Shown: positions 1 to 13,250, numbered from the stretch's first letter. The stretch: DNA of 64,000 bases from Mobula hypostoma (GCF_963921235.1 NC_086107.1:107758001-107822000), one strand, 5' to 3'. Program-made: numbers and translations. The notes: generated by a model not told the origin, from the letters alone.

Positions 1-597
1 CTTCATCCTGATTCCAAAGTTCATTGTCGCCAGGTCGTGGTCACTTCCAATATCATCACCTGGGAACGTCCTTGATGTGACTCTCTTGATCCCAGACTGA
101 AACCAGTTCTGCACCAATATGTAATCAATCTGGCTATGACATTTTCTATTGGCCACATGCCAGATCCAGCATCATGATGCCTTGTGTTCTCTAAGAGTGT
201 TCACAAGCACCGCGTTGTTGAGGTTGGTGAACTCAAGTAGGCGTAATCCTCGCTCATTGGTTACAGCATTACAGGAGGGGCCGCAGAATTCCTTCTAGTC
301 TTTCAGTGCGTCTGCACCCACCTTGGCATTCCCGTCCCCCTGGACGATTAGAATGTCCTTTTTGTCCACCTTGTCAATAATGGCCTGGAGCTGGTTGTAG
401 AATTCCTCCATGTGGTCATTGTCATGGTCAGTAGTTGGTGTAGGCCTGTATTTCTGTGCTGTTGAAAGGCGCTGCTCTAAGGCGGGTGGAAATCAGCCCG
501 CTGGATACTGGGCGGCACCCGAGTACAGAGTTCTTGATGCTCTTGTTGACCAGAAATCCTGCACCATTGGCACATTTGTCAAATTCTCCACTGTAGT
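1..597 (-). mobile_element. Decayed RTE-clade LINE, APE endonuclease fragment
   Basis: Minus-strand peptides GAGFLV..PVSSGLIS.RL.A.PFN, EEFYNQLQ..ILIVQGDGNAKVG, NERGLRLLEF, QIDYILV and GSDHDL, with stops and frameshifts. Confidence 0.8.
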
Positions 598-674
598 ACA
601 GAACATACAGCAGAATTTCAATAACATAACACAATAAAACATGAAAACTTCCTGGGTGGGGGGGGGGTGAATAC

Positions 675-886
675 TTTTTATAGGCACTGTATATAGAGAT
701 AAAGGCTCTTCCAACCCAATTACACCCATGTGACTAATTAACCAGGTAACCGGTACGTCTTTGGAATGTGGGAGGAAACCAGAGCACTTAGAGGAAACCC
801 ATACCGTCATGGGGAGAACGTACAGATTGAGGCAGAATTGCTGCCTCTGTAAAGGTTTATGCTAACCACTACACAACTTTGCCACC
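675..886 (-). mobile_element. V-SINE (HE1-like) copy
   Basis: Reverse complement of the V-domain-like GGGTTTCCTC..GTGCTCTGGTTTCCTCCCACATTCCAAAGACGTAC. Confidence 0.7.
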
Positions 887-1261
887 CTTATGAAGCTGGA
901 AATCTAGAGAAAGCATGGCTCTGGGCTTCACCCTGCCTACTTGCACCTCCGCAGGCCCAGCAACCCTTAGACCTCCATATTCCTTCACCTCTGGTTTCCT
1001 GCTCACCTCCAGGTTACACTGTTGACCAAGCCTCCTTCACCAGGTACACAGACTCTGCTCTTCACCTTTCCACCCCCTCTCCTTTCAACGGCACGACTCA
1101 GAAGTGATCTCTTTGATCAAAGTGTCACCAGCCCTATCGCCCTTTTTATCTGGCCCTCTCCGACTTTAAGAAAGGCTCCACAAAAATTAGTTGAACTGAA
1201 GGAAAAAACCTGCAGATGCCGAAAACTTGAGACAAAATGGGACTGCCGGAAACACTGAGTG

Positions 1262-1556
1262 GAACGGTGGTGTAGCGGTTCGCACGTTGCTTTACAGCAC
1301 ATCGATCACCGACTGGGGTTCAATTCCCACCGCTGCCTGTAAGGAGTTTGTATGTTCTCCCTGTGGCCGTGTGGGTGCTTCAGTATCCCCCCACATTCTA
1401 AAGATGTATGGTTAGAGAGTTGTGGGCATGGTAGGTTGGCACTAGAAGTGTGGAGACACTTGCGGGCTGCCCAATATCATCCTCGCTGATTTGATTTGAT
1501 TTGATGCAGTTCACTGCATGTTTTGATGTACAAATAAAGCTAATCTATCTAATCTA
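1262..1556 (+). mobile_element. tRNA-derived V-SINE-like element
   Basis: A/B-box-like head (TAGCGGTT...GGGTTCAATTCCC), V-domain, then AATAAA and (ATCTA)n tail. Confidence 0.7.
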
Positions 1557-1724
1557 AGCAACATCTGTGGAGGGGGGAGGAGGAAGAATTGTCAATGTTA
1601 AAACTCTTTTGGAAGCTTTGGGAATATTATTGCTCCCAGCTTCCTTAGTAAGTTGCAGTTAGTCCTGACTGGAAGTGCATTTGCTGCCTTATTGTCGCTA
1701 GGCCAAAACGGTCAGAAAGTGGAT

Positions 1725-2765
1725 CAGAATGAGAATCAGGTTTAATATCACCACCATAATGTCATGAAGTTTGTTGTCTTTGTGGCAGCTGTACAATGCA
1801 ATACATAATAATAGAGAAAAGCTGTGAATTACAGTAAATATAGATATTTTAAATAGTAAAATGAAACAAGAAGTGCAAAAATAGAAATAAAAAAGTAGTG
1901 AGGTAGTGTTCATGGGTTCAATGCCCATTCAGAAATCAGATGGCAGAGGGGAAGAAGCTGTTCCTGAATCATTGAGTGTGTGCCTTCAGGCTCCTGTACC
2001 TCCTCCCTGATGGTAGCAATGAGAAGAGGGCATAATAGACAGGTATATGGAGGAATTTAAGGTGGGGGGGTTATATGGGAGGCAGGGTTTGAGGGTCGGC
2101 ACGACTTTGTGGGCCGAAGGGCCCGTACTGTGGTGTACTGTTCTATGTTCTATATCCTGGGTGATGGGGGTCCTTAATGATGGATGCTGCCTTTTTGAGG
2201 CATCACTCCTTGAAAATACACTGGATACTACGGAGGCTAGAGACCATGATGGAGTTGATTAAGTTTAAAAGTCACTGCAGCTATTTTGGTTCTGTGTAGT
2301 AGCCACCCACCATAGCAGATGGTGATGCAGCCAGTTAGAATGCTCTCCACAGTAACTCTAAAAATTTGCGAGTGTCTTTGGTGACATAACAAAGCTTCTC
2401 AAACTCGTAATTAAATACTGTAGAGCTGCTGTCCTGCCTTCTTTGTGACAGCATCAATACGCTGGGCCCAGGTTAGATCCCCAGAGATGCTGACACCCAG
2501 GAACTTTGAAATTGCTCACTCTTTCCACTTCTGATCCCTCGATGAGGACTGGTGTGTGTTCCCTCATCTTACCCTTTCTGAAGTCCACAATCAGCTCTTT
2601 GGTCTTACTGAGGCTGAGTGCAACGTTGTTACTGCGACAACACTCGACTATCTGATACCTCTCGCTCCTGTCACCCTCTCATGACCAGCAGAAATTCTGC
2701 CAACTACAGCAAATTTGTGGATGGCATTTCAGCTGTGCCTAGCCACACAGTCATGGGTGTAGAGA
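1725..2765 (-). mobile_element. Rex1/Babar-like LINE 3' fragment, interrupted by a CR1 3' tail (about 2035-2152)
   Basis: Similar to the 8195-8945 and 53860-54310 copies. The insert matches the CR1 tail seen at 32140-32260. Confidence 0.6.
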
Positions 2766-3842
2766 AGGCAGCTCACCATCACCTTTTTACCAGCAATTCA
2801 GGAATACGTGAAAGAGTAGTAAAGAAAAAGTGAAAAGGTGTTTAAAGTCCAGCCATGTCCATGAATGTTGGGGGAAGTTTGTGTCCGAGAGCAGCAATGG
2901 GGGAGAAGCTGGTGTCGGGTCTAGTGTGTATCAGCTCCCTCCGGTGGAACAGATATCACATTACAGCAGTGGCCTTGCTTAGAGACAATGAAGCCATTTT
3001 AAGTTGTTGTCAAGTCTCTAAAAATGCAAAGATTCTGCAAACGTTTGGAGTCCGAACCAAAAATAGACGCAGGCCTCAAATCCGCTAGAATCCGGAAAAG
3101 GGAACTGTTGTTGGGAAAGGCTGGGTTTGAGAAGATTGTGCTGTGGTCCAAAATGGATGTCAGGTTGACAAAATTAACCTAACAGGAGAGGTGCCTTTCT
3201 CTAGAGTGTGGTCACTGCTTTAGGTCAAACGGTGATGGATTTCAACAGATCTCCTTTCTCCCCAGTACAGCAGTGACTAGGTTTCAGAAGCACCTCGTTA
3301 GCCATAGAGGAATTTGCACAGGATAGTTTGAAGTTATGAAAGGTGGCATATAATTATTGATCGAGGAGTTATGAGAGGGGCTGAATGGCCTCTAATGTCA
3401 ATCTAATTAGTATCTCCATTATGAGATATCTCAGCAAATGAGAAGGCATTTCTTTATGGTCTTCATTCAAAAGAGACAGAGACTCGATGCTTAGTTTTCA
3501 TTGAGGAATGATCAGTGAAGTCACTCAGCGTTAGGTGCGCCATGGTTGGAAGCGCCATTAGCTGAGATTTTTGATCAAGTCGACTTGCTCTGGGCTGCAC
3601 TGTGGGTTCTGTGGTGAAGTCTGTAGAACAGGAAGTTCTCCCAGAGTCCAGGCCAACGTTCCTTCCTCAGTTAACACCACCAGAAATAGATGCACTGGTA
3701 TTTATCTCGTCCGCTGTACTCTGCCCAGTTGTGCACTTTTAGATCAGTGCTAAAATATTTGCAATCTGTTGCTTAGCGTACAATTCAAACATAAAAATAA
3801 AAAACTCAAGTGAAATAAATCCGATTGATATTAAATTATATA

Positions 3843-5480
3843 TTCAAGATTCAAGTACAATTATTATCAAAAATGTATAAAGTATACAACCTTAAGATTT
3901 GCTTGCTTACAGGTGGTCACAAAGCAAGAAACCTGAAAGAACCCAATTTAAAGGGAAAAAAAAGAATAAAAATAAAAAATAAAAGACCAAGACTCGATGT
4001 GCAAAAGGCAGAAAAAAAAACACAAAGCATGCAAGCAGCATTCTGAACCAAAACGGGGTCCTCAGATCTGAAACCTGGAACAGCCAGGAGTAGGCCCAAA
4101 GCCTCGATTATCAGTTTATCAAATTAGGAGCCGTAGAGTACAGCAGCCGGGGCAGTCTTCTTGGCCTCAGAACCATGGAGAGGGCCATAGCAGAGAACGA
4201 GCGAAATCGGCTCTCTTCCTGACCAACACTCTGTCTTTTCAGTCCATCTGGGCCGGCGTTTATATTGACCAAAAGAAGATTGAAGATCACGGAGAGCCAG
4301 CAAAATTGGCTCTCCCCTCCAAGCTGGGCCGGCACTTAAATTCTCTAAACAGTATAAGGTGCCTTGCACTAGGACCCAGGACCTGCTGCTGTGAAGGGCC
4401 CCTGGCCTAGACCATGCTGCCGAGCGACTCGCTCCGGGCCAAGATTTTGCTGCCCAGCGACTTGCTTCAGGCCCAGATTTCACTGCCCAACGACTTTCTC
4501 TGGGCCCAGATTTTGTCGCCCAGCCTGAAACTGCTTTCAAGCTGGGGTGCCGTATTTGTCAAGTAGGGTGCCGTGCACAATCCTGATTTGATGGAGACGG
4601 ACGTGAGGGCATGGAGGAACATCTGGTGAAACTTCTGAAATGCCTGCTTCGCTGCTGCTGCTACTGTGCGATCCAGAATCTCTGGAGGAGAAGGCCCCGA
4701 GTCCTCGGCTTTGCTTGCTGCTCGGCAGCTGGGATGAGATTGAAGCGCTTGGCAGAGGATGGTTCTCGGAGAGGCTGTATCGGAGGGCTGGTCGAAGGCT
4801 CGAAGTTTTCGGACGGACTAAGAATCGGACTGAGGTTGGGTGCTTCCAGGGTGCTGCATCGGCAAGTTTGCGGCGTTTGGAGTTCATGGCAGGGAGAGTT
4901 TCTCCCTCCTACTGTCTGCGTGAGATGATGAGGCTATCGGGACTTTGAGACTTTTTTTTACTGTGCCCATAGTCTGCTCTTTATCAAATCATGGTATTGC
5001 TTTGCACTGTTGTAACTATATGTTATAATTATGTGGTTTTGTCAGCTTTAGTCTTGGTTTGTCCTGTGTTTCTTGTGATATCATTCTGGAGGAACATTGT
5101 ATCATTTTTTACTGCATGCATTTCTAAATGACAATAAACGAGGACTGAGTGTCCTCATAATCTAATCTAAGCTCTTCAAATCAGCTAGGCGCCCAGAACA
5201 ATCCATCCTTGCGCCCAGGCAAGTTGTACAGGCATCGAAATCGAATCTCCTCTGCCCGGGCCCCGACTTCTCCGATGGCGCCCAAACCGATCCAGCCTCA
5301 CTCTTGGGCCGACTTTACAGGCATCGGAACTCCATCTGCTACGATTCATCCCCCAAAGTCGCCCCGCCATTGTTCGCCGCTTCACTGTTTTCGGCGATAA
5401 TTTGACTCACTTTACTTCAGAAAAGGTATTTTTAGTGGTGTTTTTAGTCGGATTTATTAGGTATATAATCTACCATGATT
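3843..5480 (-). mobile_element. Unclassified non-LTR-like repeat with a nested plus-strand element (about 4540-5170)
   Basis: The host resembles 17250-17800 and 24330-24600. The nested element ends AATAAA...(ATCTA)n and is repeated at about 16880-17153. A 33-bp tandem (about 3 copies) lies at about 4419-4525. Confidence 0.5.
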
Positions 5481-5594
5481 TTTCCTGATGTTGGTGCCAA
5501 ATTTTATCTACTTTATAGGACTTGAGGCCTGTGACTAGCAGTGAGCCTCAGGGGTCAGTGCTAGGCCTATTGTTGTCTGCCATCTATGCCAACA

Positions 5595-6018
5595 TCCAAG
5601 AGGAACACAACCTTTTCATGGTTTAGAGGCCTGTGAGCCTCAATGACCTGGAGAGCTATGTTGGCTGGAGTCAGGGCTTTGTGCTTTGGCTCTTGGTAGG
5701 GTCACCCATGGCGAACAGGTCAAAGGGTAGAGGCCAGACTAAGAGTGGTCCACCGGTCCTCCAGGTTCAGGGGTTCGGCTCAGGGCTAACAACCCTGATT
5801 GGTAAAACAAAATTGTTATGGAAACGGCAACGAAGAAGCTTTCTACATCTGTGTGTGATGGTATTCCTGAGTCTCCCAGCTGGGATTTGCGTGGCTGACA
5901 GCAGTGAAAACAGAGAGGTAGCTACTGACATGATGAAGGAAGCCCTGAACACCGCCAGAGATGGAGGACCTTCAATGCTGCCCTAAATGCCAGTGGCGTA
6001 ACAGGAAGTAAGTAAGTA
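5595..6018 (+). mobile_element. Non-autonomous RTE-like short element with (AAGT)n tail
   Basis: TSD ATCTATRCCAACA at 5582-5594 and 6019-6031. Related copies at about 25760-26065 and 42175-42470. Confidence 0.65.
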
Positions 6019-6139
6019 ATCTATACCAACACGATGGATACACATACTTGGGCATAGTTAGTAAGCTTGCATTTTGTCATTAAAATACTTGATATAGTGG
6101 ACTTTGAAAAAGGTTATCAAAAATTACAGGGGGATTTAC

Positions 6140-7601
6140 AGTCATGGTCCGGATTTGGGTCCCTATAAATTTACTTTGTTTATGTTATGATCCGGACCGT
6201 TGACTCCCTGGTTCCTTTTTGTTCCCTGTTTTCCCGTGTCCCTCGGCTTTGGTGATTGGAGGCAATTTACTCTCGACTGAACCGGTAGTTTATAATCTCC
6301 TGCTTTCATCTGTTCGGCGCGAGAGCGTCTGCAAAGTCACCAAGGTACGGCGTGCCAATGTCATCTGGCCAGAGCAAGCCTAGTCTCCGCCCGAAGCGAG
6401 TGCCGGTAATTCGCCTTTCCTCACCGGAGCAACCTTGTCGAGTTACCTCGCCAAAGCGAGCCTGCAAAGTTTCCTCACCGAGGTGGATCCGTCAGTTAAC
6501 CCACTGGAGGGAATCAAGAACCGCTGTCTACTGTTCCCGGGCCGAGTCGAGAGCTCGCCACTACTTGGTGGCATCCAAGTTCCGAGTCAAGTCCTAGCCC
6601 TGGCGGTCTGTGATTCCTGTCCTATCCCCCAGTCTGAATCCCTTCTCTGTCCCTCTCGCCTCTAGCCCTCGTCTGCACCTCGGTCTAGTTCTATCGCCGG
6701 AGCTAGATAGGTACTGTCTGGTGTTCTTTCGTGTTGGTCTTGTATTGTTCTCGCCTCTGTGGGGTAACTCAGGCCATCTTGCCGTTGCCCCACGGGGGGT
6801 CATGTCTTGTCGTGTCTTGTCCTCGTATCCGTGGGGTAAGTCTGGCTGTCTTGCCGTTGCCCCACGGGGGGTCATGTCTTATCTCATCTTGTCCTCGCCT
6901 CCGTGGGGTAAGTCTGGCCGTCTTGCCGTTGCCCCACGGGGGGGGGGTCATGTCTTGTCGTGTCTTGTCCTCGCCTCCGTGGGGTAAGTCTGGCCGTCTT
7001 GCCGTTGCCCCACGGGGGGTCATGTCTTATCTCATCTTGTCCTCGCATCCGTGGGGTAAGTCAGGCCGTCTTGCCGTTGCCCCGCGGGGGGACGTGAGCT
7101 CCGGCCCTATGTCCTGTACCCAAGGAGGGGTCCCGGCTCTCTGTTCTGTGTGTGAGTCCCGGCCCTATGTCCTGTACCCAAGGAGGGGTCCCGACTCTGT
7201 GTTCTGCGTATGTGTTCATGGTTCCATGTACCTGCTCTTACGAGACCGAGGCTCTGTTTTTCCATGTTCCTCCTCTCCCTAGCGCATGTCATATCCATGC
7301 CTGGTTCTGGGGTCCAAGCCTGGGGCAAGACACAGGTACTGGGTCCTTGCCCAGTCCCTGGCTTGGAGTCCAAACCATAGCCTCTTCATATTGCCGCTAG
7401 TTCTGGGATCCGATTCCGAGTCCAAGCCCAGACCCCTAGTCCCAGCCTAGTCGTAGTCCTGAATCCTTGTCCAGTCAGCTATTCCTGCTCCTGCCTTGCT
7501 CTCCTGGTCTCAAACAATAAACTCAATTTACTTACCCTCACAAGATGTGTCTTGCATTTGGGTCCACCCTTGCTCCCTATGCCCCTCCCCCCACCGTGAC
7601 A
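6140..7601 (+). mobile_element. Solo LTR (Gypsy-like) with internal tandem repeats
   Basis: Termini (A)GTCATGG...CCGTGACA resemble the TGTCAYGG inverted ends of LTRs. AATAAA near 7515, followed by TGTGTCTTGCATTTGGGTCC. It interrupts a CR1; no clean TSD. Confidence 0.65.
6757..7092. repeat. 72-bp tandem repeat, about 4.6 copies, each with an internal hairpin
   Basis: Units start at 6757, 6829, 6901, 6977 and 7049. Arms CCGTGGGGTAA/TTGCCCCACGG. Confidence 0.9.
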
Positions 7602-8194
7602 GGATCTTAATCAGATGAGAAAGTGGGCCAAGAAGTGGCAAATGGAGTTTAATTCAGATAAGTGTGAGGTGTTGTATTTTGGAAAGTCAAATGTAGGTAG
7701 GACTTTCAGTGTGTATGCCAGGACCCTTGGCAGTGTTGAGGAATGGAGGGACCTTGGAATTCAAGTACATGATTCCTTGAAAGTGGAGTCACAAATAGAC
7801 AGAGTGGAGAAGAAGCGTTTTGGCACACTGGCATTAAAAGGTCAGGGTACTGAGTATAAAAGTTGGGAGCTTATCGTGTGGTTGCACAGGACACTGCTGA
7901 GGCCACACTTGGAGTATTGTATTCAGTTTTGGTCACCCCGTTGTAGAAGTGTGTTACTGAACTGGAAGGAGTGTAGACAAACTTTCCAAGGATTTTGCCA
8001 GGTCTCAAGGACCTGAGGTATAGGAAGAGGTTGAACATGTTAGAACTTCAGAATGACTGGTGATCTTATGGAGGCGTATACAATCATAAGGGACGTAGAT
8101 AGGGTGACTGCATTCAGTCTTTTTCCCTGGGATGGGGAATCAAGATCTAGAGGGCATAGATTTAAGATGAGACAGGAAAGATTTAATAGAAATT

Positions 8195-8945
8195 TAAAAA
8201 TTCAAAGTAAATAGTATTATCAAAGTACATACATGTCACTATATACAACCCTGAGATTTATTTTCTTGTGGGCATACTCAACAAATCTATAGAGTAATAA
8301 TTATATCAGAATCAATGAATGACTGCCCAACCAGATGCAGAAGACAACAAATTGTGAAAATGCAAAAAGAGGAAGCAAAAATATAAACAAATAAGCAATA
8401 AATATCGAGAACATGAGATGAAAAGTCCTTGAAGGTGGGTCCATTGATTGTGGGAACTGTTCAGTGATGGGGCAAGTGAAATTATCCTTTTTGGTTCAAA
8501 AGCTTGATGGTTGAGGGGTAATAACTGTTCCTGAACCTGGTGGTATGAGTCCGCGGCTCTTGTACCTTCTTCCTGAAGGGAGCAGTGAGAAGACAATATA
8601 TCCTGGGTGGTGGGTGTATCTGACAATGGATGCTGCTTTCCTGCTACAGTGTTTCATTTGGATGTGCTCAATGGTGGGGAGGGCTTTGTCCATGATGACT
8701 GGGCTGTATCCACTACTTTTTGTAAGATTCTCCTTTCAAAGGCTTTGGTGTTTCCATACCAGACTGTGAGGCAGCAAGTCAATATACTCTCCACTACACA
8801 TCTATAGAAGTTAGCCCAAGTTTTAGATGTCATGCTGAACCTTTGCAAACTTCTAAGGAAGTAGAGATGCTCCCATGCTTTCTTCATAATTGCACTTACC
8901 AACTGGGCCCAGGACAGATCCTCTGAAATAATTTAAAGTTGCTCA
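8195..8945 (-). mobile_element. Rex1/Babar LINE RT C-terminus and 3' UTR
   Basis: KKAWEHLYFLRSL..FYRCVVESILTCCLTVWYGN..ERRILQKVV. Confidence 0.8.
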
Positions 8946-9894
8946 CTTGAGGGGCAACTTTTTTTTACATAAAGCTGGTATGCATGTGAAACAAAAGGTA
9001 TGGGTGAGGCAGGTGCAATAATTTTTAAAAGACTGTTGGACAAGTGCATGGATAGGAAATTAGAAGGTTATGGGGCAAATGCTGAAAAATGGGGCTGTCT
9101 TGGGTGGGCTGAGCCGTGAATAAATAGGTTGGCTTTACTTGATTCAGCCTGGAAGAAAGATTAAGAAGAAAGAAGAGTTTATAAAGAAAAACTAGTTTAT
9201 GCGGGTTCATGTGGATTTCCAAAAGCTAAGCCTTCCCTCCCCCCACCCCCGCCACACCCAGCACCTCATCCATTTATCTTGTTGACCATTTTCAGTTTGT
9301 GACTCATGGTTACTGAAGTTGCTACTGCTGGAAAATCCTCACTTAAACCTCCAAACTCACTATGATTTTGAATGCCTTGTAACTTTCTCTGCTCTGAGGA
9401 GAATAGCCCAAGTTCTCCAAGCTCACACAGCCCCAAAACCAACTGAGTGAAGCTCCTCTGTACAACAGCAATGAGAGAATGGTGTGAGGATTAATATTTT
9501 TATCAAATATTTTATTTAAAGAATAGGGAAAAAAACTTCCAGACAGATGATTGGATGTCACTAGGAACACAGGATAGACATCTCGGCCAAAAGGGCAGGT
9601 GATAAATTCAGCTCTTCTACCCACTCCTGCACAGTCATCTCTGCTGGCAAAACCTTTGACCATGTCTTTGTAAAATATTTCAGTAAACACAAGAGATTCA
9701 GCAAGTGCTGGAAATCCAGAGTAACACACACAAAATGCTGGAGGAACTGTGCAAGTCAGGCAGCACCTATGGAGAGGAATAAAGAGCTGGCGGTTTGGGC
9801 TGAGACCCTTTATCAGGACCGCTGCCCTGCCAAGCTCCTCTGGCATTTTGTATGCGTTAAACTATTTAAATTCCAGTCTTGGCCTGTTCCCCAA

Positions 9895-10391
9895 GTATCT
9901 ACTGCTTGGTATGGGAACACCGATGACAAAGAACGCAAAAGCCTACAAAAAATGATGGGTACGGCCCAGTCCATCACAGGAAAAGCCCTCCCTGCCATCG
10001 AGGACAACTGCAAGGAGCATTGTCACAATCTTCATCAAAAGCCCTCACCATCTACACCGTGGTCTCTTCTCGCTGCTGCCAATGGGCAGGAGACACCAGA
10101 GCCTCACGTCACACACCACAGTTCTTACCCCTCAACCATCAGGTCTCTGAACCAACTTTGATAACTTCATTCACCTCAGCTCTGAACTGATGCTGCTCCC
10201 TTTCAAGGGCTCCACAACTCGTGTTCTAATGTTTGTATTTGCACAGATTGTCTTCTTTTGCACAGTGGTTGCTTGTCAGTCCTTGTGTGTAGTTCTTCAT
10301 TGCTCCTACTGCATTTCTCTGTTCTACTGTGTATTCAAACAAGAAAATTATTCTCGGGATAGCATATGGTGACATATACGTACTTTGATAT
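9895..10391 (+). mobile_element. Rex1/Babar LINE 3' fragment
   Basis: TAWYGN..ERKSLQK..AQSITG..LPAI. Its tail resumes after the Penelope-like insertion at about 10996. Confidence 0.7.
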
Positions 10392-10986
10392 GTCCGCCAG
10401 AGAAAGCAGCATCTCCCAGTGGCCACACATTTTAATTCCACGTCCCATTCCCATTCTGACATGTCTATCCACGGCCTCCTCTACTGTAAAGATGAAGCCA
10501 CACTCAGGTTGGAGAAACAACACTTCATATTCCATCTGGGTAGCCTCCAACCTGATAGCATGAACATTGACTTCTCAAACTTCCGCTAATGCCCCACCTC
10601 CCCCTCGTAACCCATCCGTTATTTATTTATATACACACATTCTTTTTCTCTCTCTCTCCTTTTTCTCCCTCTGTCCCTCTGACTATACCCCTTGCCCATC
10701 CTCTGGGCTTCCCCCCTCCCCCTTTTCCTTCTCCCTGGGTCTCCTGTCCCATGATCCTCTCATATCCCTTTTGCCAATCACCTGTCCAGCTCTTGGCTCC
10801 ATCCCTCCCCCTCCTGTCTTCTCCTATCATTTTGGATCTCCCCCTCCCCCTCCCACTTTCAAATCTCTTACTAGCTCTTCCTTCAGTTAGTCCTGACGAA
10901 GGGTCTCGGCCTAAAATGTCGACTGTACCTCTTCCTAGAGATGCTGCCTGGCCTGCTGCATTCACCAGCAACTTTTATGTGTGTTG
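10392..10986 (+). mobile_element. Penelope-like element 3' end (GIY-YIG C-terminus, pLTR, decayed hammerhead)
   Basis: Peptide PVATHFNSTSHSHSDMSIHGLLYCKDEATLRLE..LGSLQP..MNIDF. Motif CTGACGA..AAAATGTC at 10893-10920. TSD CTTTGATAT at 10383-10391 and 10987-10995. Confidence 0.8.
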
Positions 10987-11679
10987 CTTTGATATCAAAG
11001 TTACTGTGAACTTTAAACTTTTGAAGTATTTTTCCCACACCAATCTTGTGGCCCTTTGCTGGCTCCTACTGAAGCAATATTTACTTAGTTAAGCCCATCA
11101 GCCGTACTGGGACATAGGCTGCCAATAGCAGCTTGCCCATCTTGTCTACCCCAGGTGTAGCCCATCCTCTCCTTCCTTTCCCAGGGATGAGGTCCCTGGG
11201 GCTTTTGTTGGCATCTCCGTAGCACTGTGCTTTTACGGGATGGAGTTGCTAGCCCCATGCAGGATCCTCCTTTCACAGCCGGGCTTGGGGCTATCCATGG
11301 TGGAGTTCATTTAAGCAATCCTTCAATTCTAAGGTTTACATCCTTGCTTTCGAATTGTTCCTACCTCCATGACCTCTCCCGGCACCGAAGCACTCAATGA
11401 ACCTTCAATTTTCATGACCTACACATCTCCAGATTTAGTCCGCCCTCCCCTCTGGTGGGCGTGCCTTTGGCTGTCACAACTCAAGCTCTGGAACTCCCTC
11501 CCTAAAACTCTCCAACTCTAGCTCTCCATCCTCCATCGATACAGTCCTTTACACTTTCCTCTCTTACCAATCATCTGCTCCTCAGCCGCAGTCTTCTGTT
11601 GCATCTTGGCAAATTTTCTTTGATAGAGTTCTTGGGAAATACTTTGGACAATTAGAGACAGGATTTACGATGGGATATT

Positions 11680-12680
11680 CACAAATGATTTGGATGAAGA
11701 AGTGGGAGGATGGGCTCGTAGGTTTGCAGATTACTTGAAGGTTGGTGGTGCTGTGGAAAGTGTAGAAGGTTGTCGTAGCTTATAGTGGGATATTGACAGG
11801 ATGCAGAGCTGGGCTGAGAAATTCAATCCAGAAAATTGTGAAGCTGTACACTTTGAAAGGTCATACTTGAAGGCAGAGTACAGGGTTAAAGGAAGGATTA
11901 TTAACAATGTGGAGGAACTGATGGATCCATTGTGTCCCTGAAGGTTACTGCACAAGTTGATAGGGTTGTTAAGATGGCGTTATGGTGTGTTAGCCTTCGG
12001 TAGTTGGGTATTGATTTCAAAACCACGAAGTAATGTCACATTTCCGTAAAACTCTGGTTAGACCACACTTGGAATATTGTGTTCAGTCAGCTGTGGAAGT
12101 TTTAGAAGGGGTGTAGAAGAGATTTACCAGAACACTGCCAGGATAAGAAAGCATTTCTTATGAGGATAGGTTGAGCAAACTTGGGCTTTTCTCTTAGGAG
12201 CAAAGGTGGGTGAGAAGTGACTTGTTGAGGGTGTACAAGATGATAAGAAGCATAGATGGCATGGATAGCCAGAGACTTTTACCCAGGGCAGAAATGGCTA
12301 ATACGTGGGTCTTATTTTAAGGTAACACACAGAAGATGCTGAAGGAATTCAGCAGGTCAGGCAGTTTCCGTGGAAACGAACAAATGAGCCGAGACCCTTC
12401 TTCAGGACTTTTCGCTCATCTATGCACCTAATTTTAAGGTGATTGGAGGAAAGTCTAGGGGGAATGTCAGAGCTAGGTTTTATTAGGTAGCGACTGGTAA
12501 GTGCGTGGAACGAGCTGCTGGGGTAGTGGTAAAGGCAGATACGTCAGGGGCATTTAAAAAACTCTTAGATAGGTGCACAGATGAGAGAACAATGGAGGGT
12601 TATGTGGGTGGGAAGGGTTAGATTGTTCCTGGAGTAGGTTAAAGGGTTAGCACAGCGTTGTGAGGTGAAGGTTCCAATCT
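11680..12680 (+). mobile_element. Decayed CR1 LINE RT/3' region
   Basis: Recognisable CR1 stretches (AGACCACACTTGGAATATTGTGTTCAG and others). Contains a short pLTR fragment at about 12325-12410. Confidence 0.7.
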
Positions 12681-12699
12681 TTGCTGCATTATAACTGTG

Positions 12700-13250
12700 A
12701 GTGAGGCCTCTGTCAGTTAAGGTCAACCATGGATGTTGTGTCCTAGCTGTCTAGATATGCAAGCCTGAGCAGTACAATATGGAGACCATGCAGCAAGTCC
12801 TCTCTCTCCAGGCATCTGATAAACCTAAAGGAATGCAGAGACCGATACAGTTTGGTACCAGCAGCGTCGCAGGAGTTGCTAGTCAGTGTTGAACTCAAAG
12901 TAGAACCTGCTTCAGGGACCCCAGCTCCAGATTTTTCCCTTGGGGTTTACTCCAGAAGACTTCCCCATGAGTGGGTATAACCGCAAGGCAACGGAGGTGT
13001 CCTTCTCCTCGGTGAGCTGCCGACCTCGGCTGACGAGCCCCATCTGCCCAAAGCGACTGGCTTTATGGCACCAGTAACCCACCCTTGCCCTTTCTCCTGT
13101 CAGTAGAAACGGTTCGGCCGGGATTAGTAGCTAAGCCACACGTGAAGGCCAGGAGTTGGACTTGGTTGTCAGAGGCTATTTGAGACGCACGTGACTGGGA
13201 GCATTTAATAGGTAGAGGGAGCTTATCCCCACCACCACCCCCGGCGATAG
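12700..13250 (-). mobile_element. Interspersed repeat, probably RTE-derived and non-autonomous
   Basis: Shares blocks with about 38435-38850 (GGGTTTACTCC..CCCATGAGTGGGTAT..GACGAGCCCCATCT). Confidence 0.5.

Larger units (their letters stand above)
5525..9110 (+). mobile_element. Old CR1 LINE RT/3' region split by three younger insertions
   Basis: Collinear CR1 pieces at 5525-5594, 6019-6139, 7602-8192 (KWAKKWQMEFNSDKCEV..RPHLEYCIQFWSP) and 8946-9110. Confidence 0.75.

Noticed and set aside
1262..1335. tRNA gene (likewise at 53156 and 59445)
   Set aside because: These are tRNA-derived SINE heads with no complete cloverleaf, each followed by a V-domain.
6757..7092. CRISPR-like palindromic repeat array
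   Set aside because: The linkers are themselves repeated (ABAB), there are no cas genes, and the context is a vertebrate LTR.
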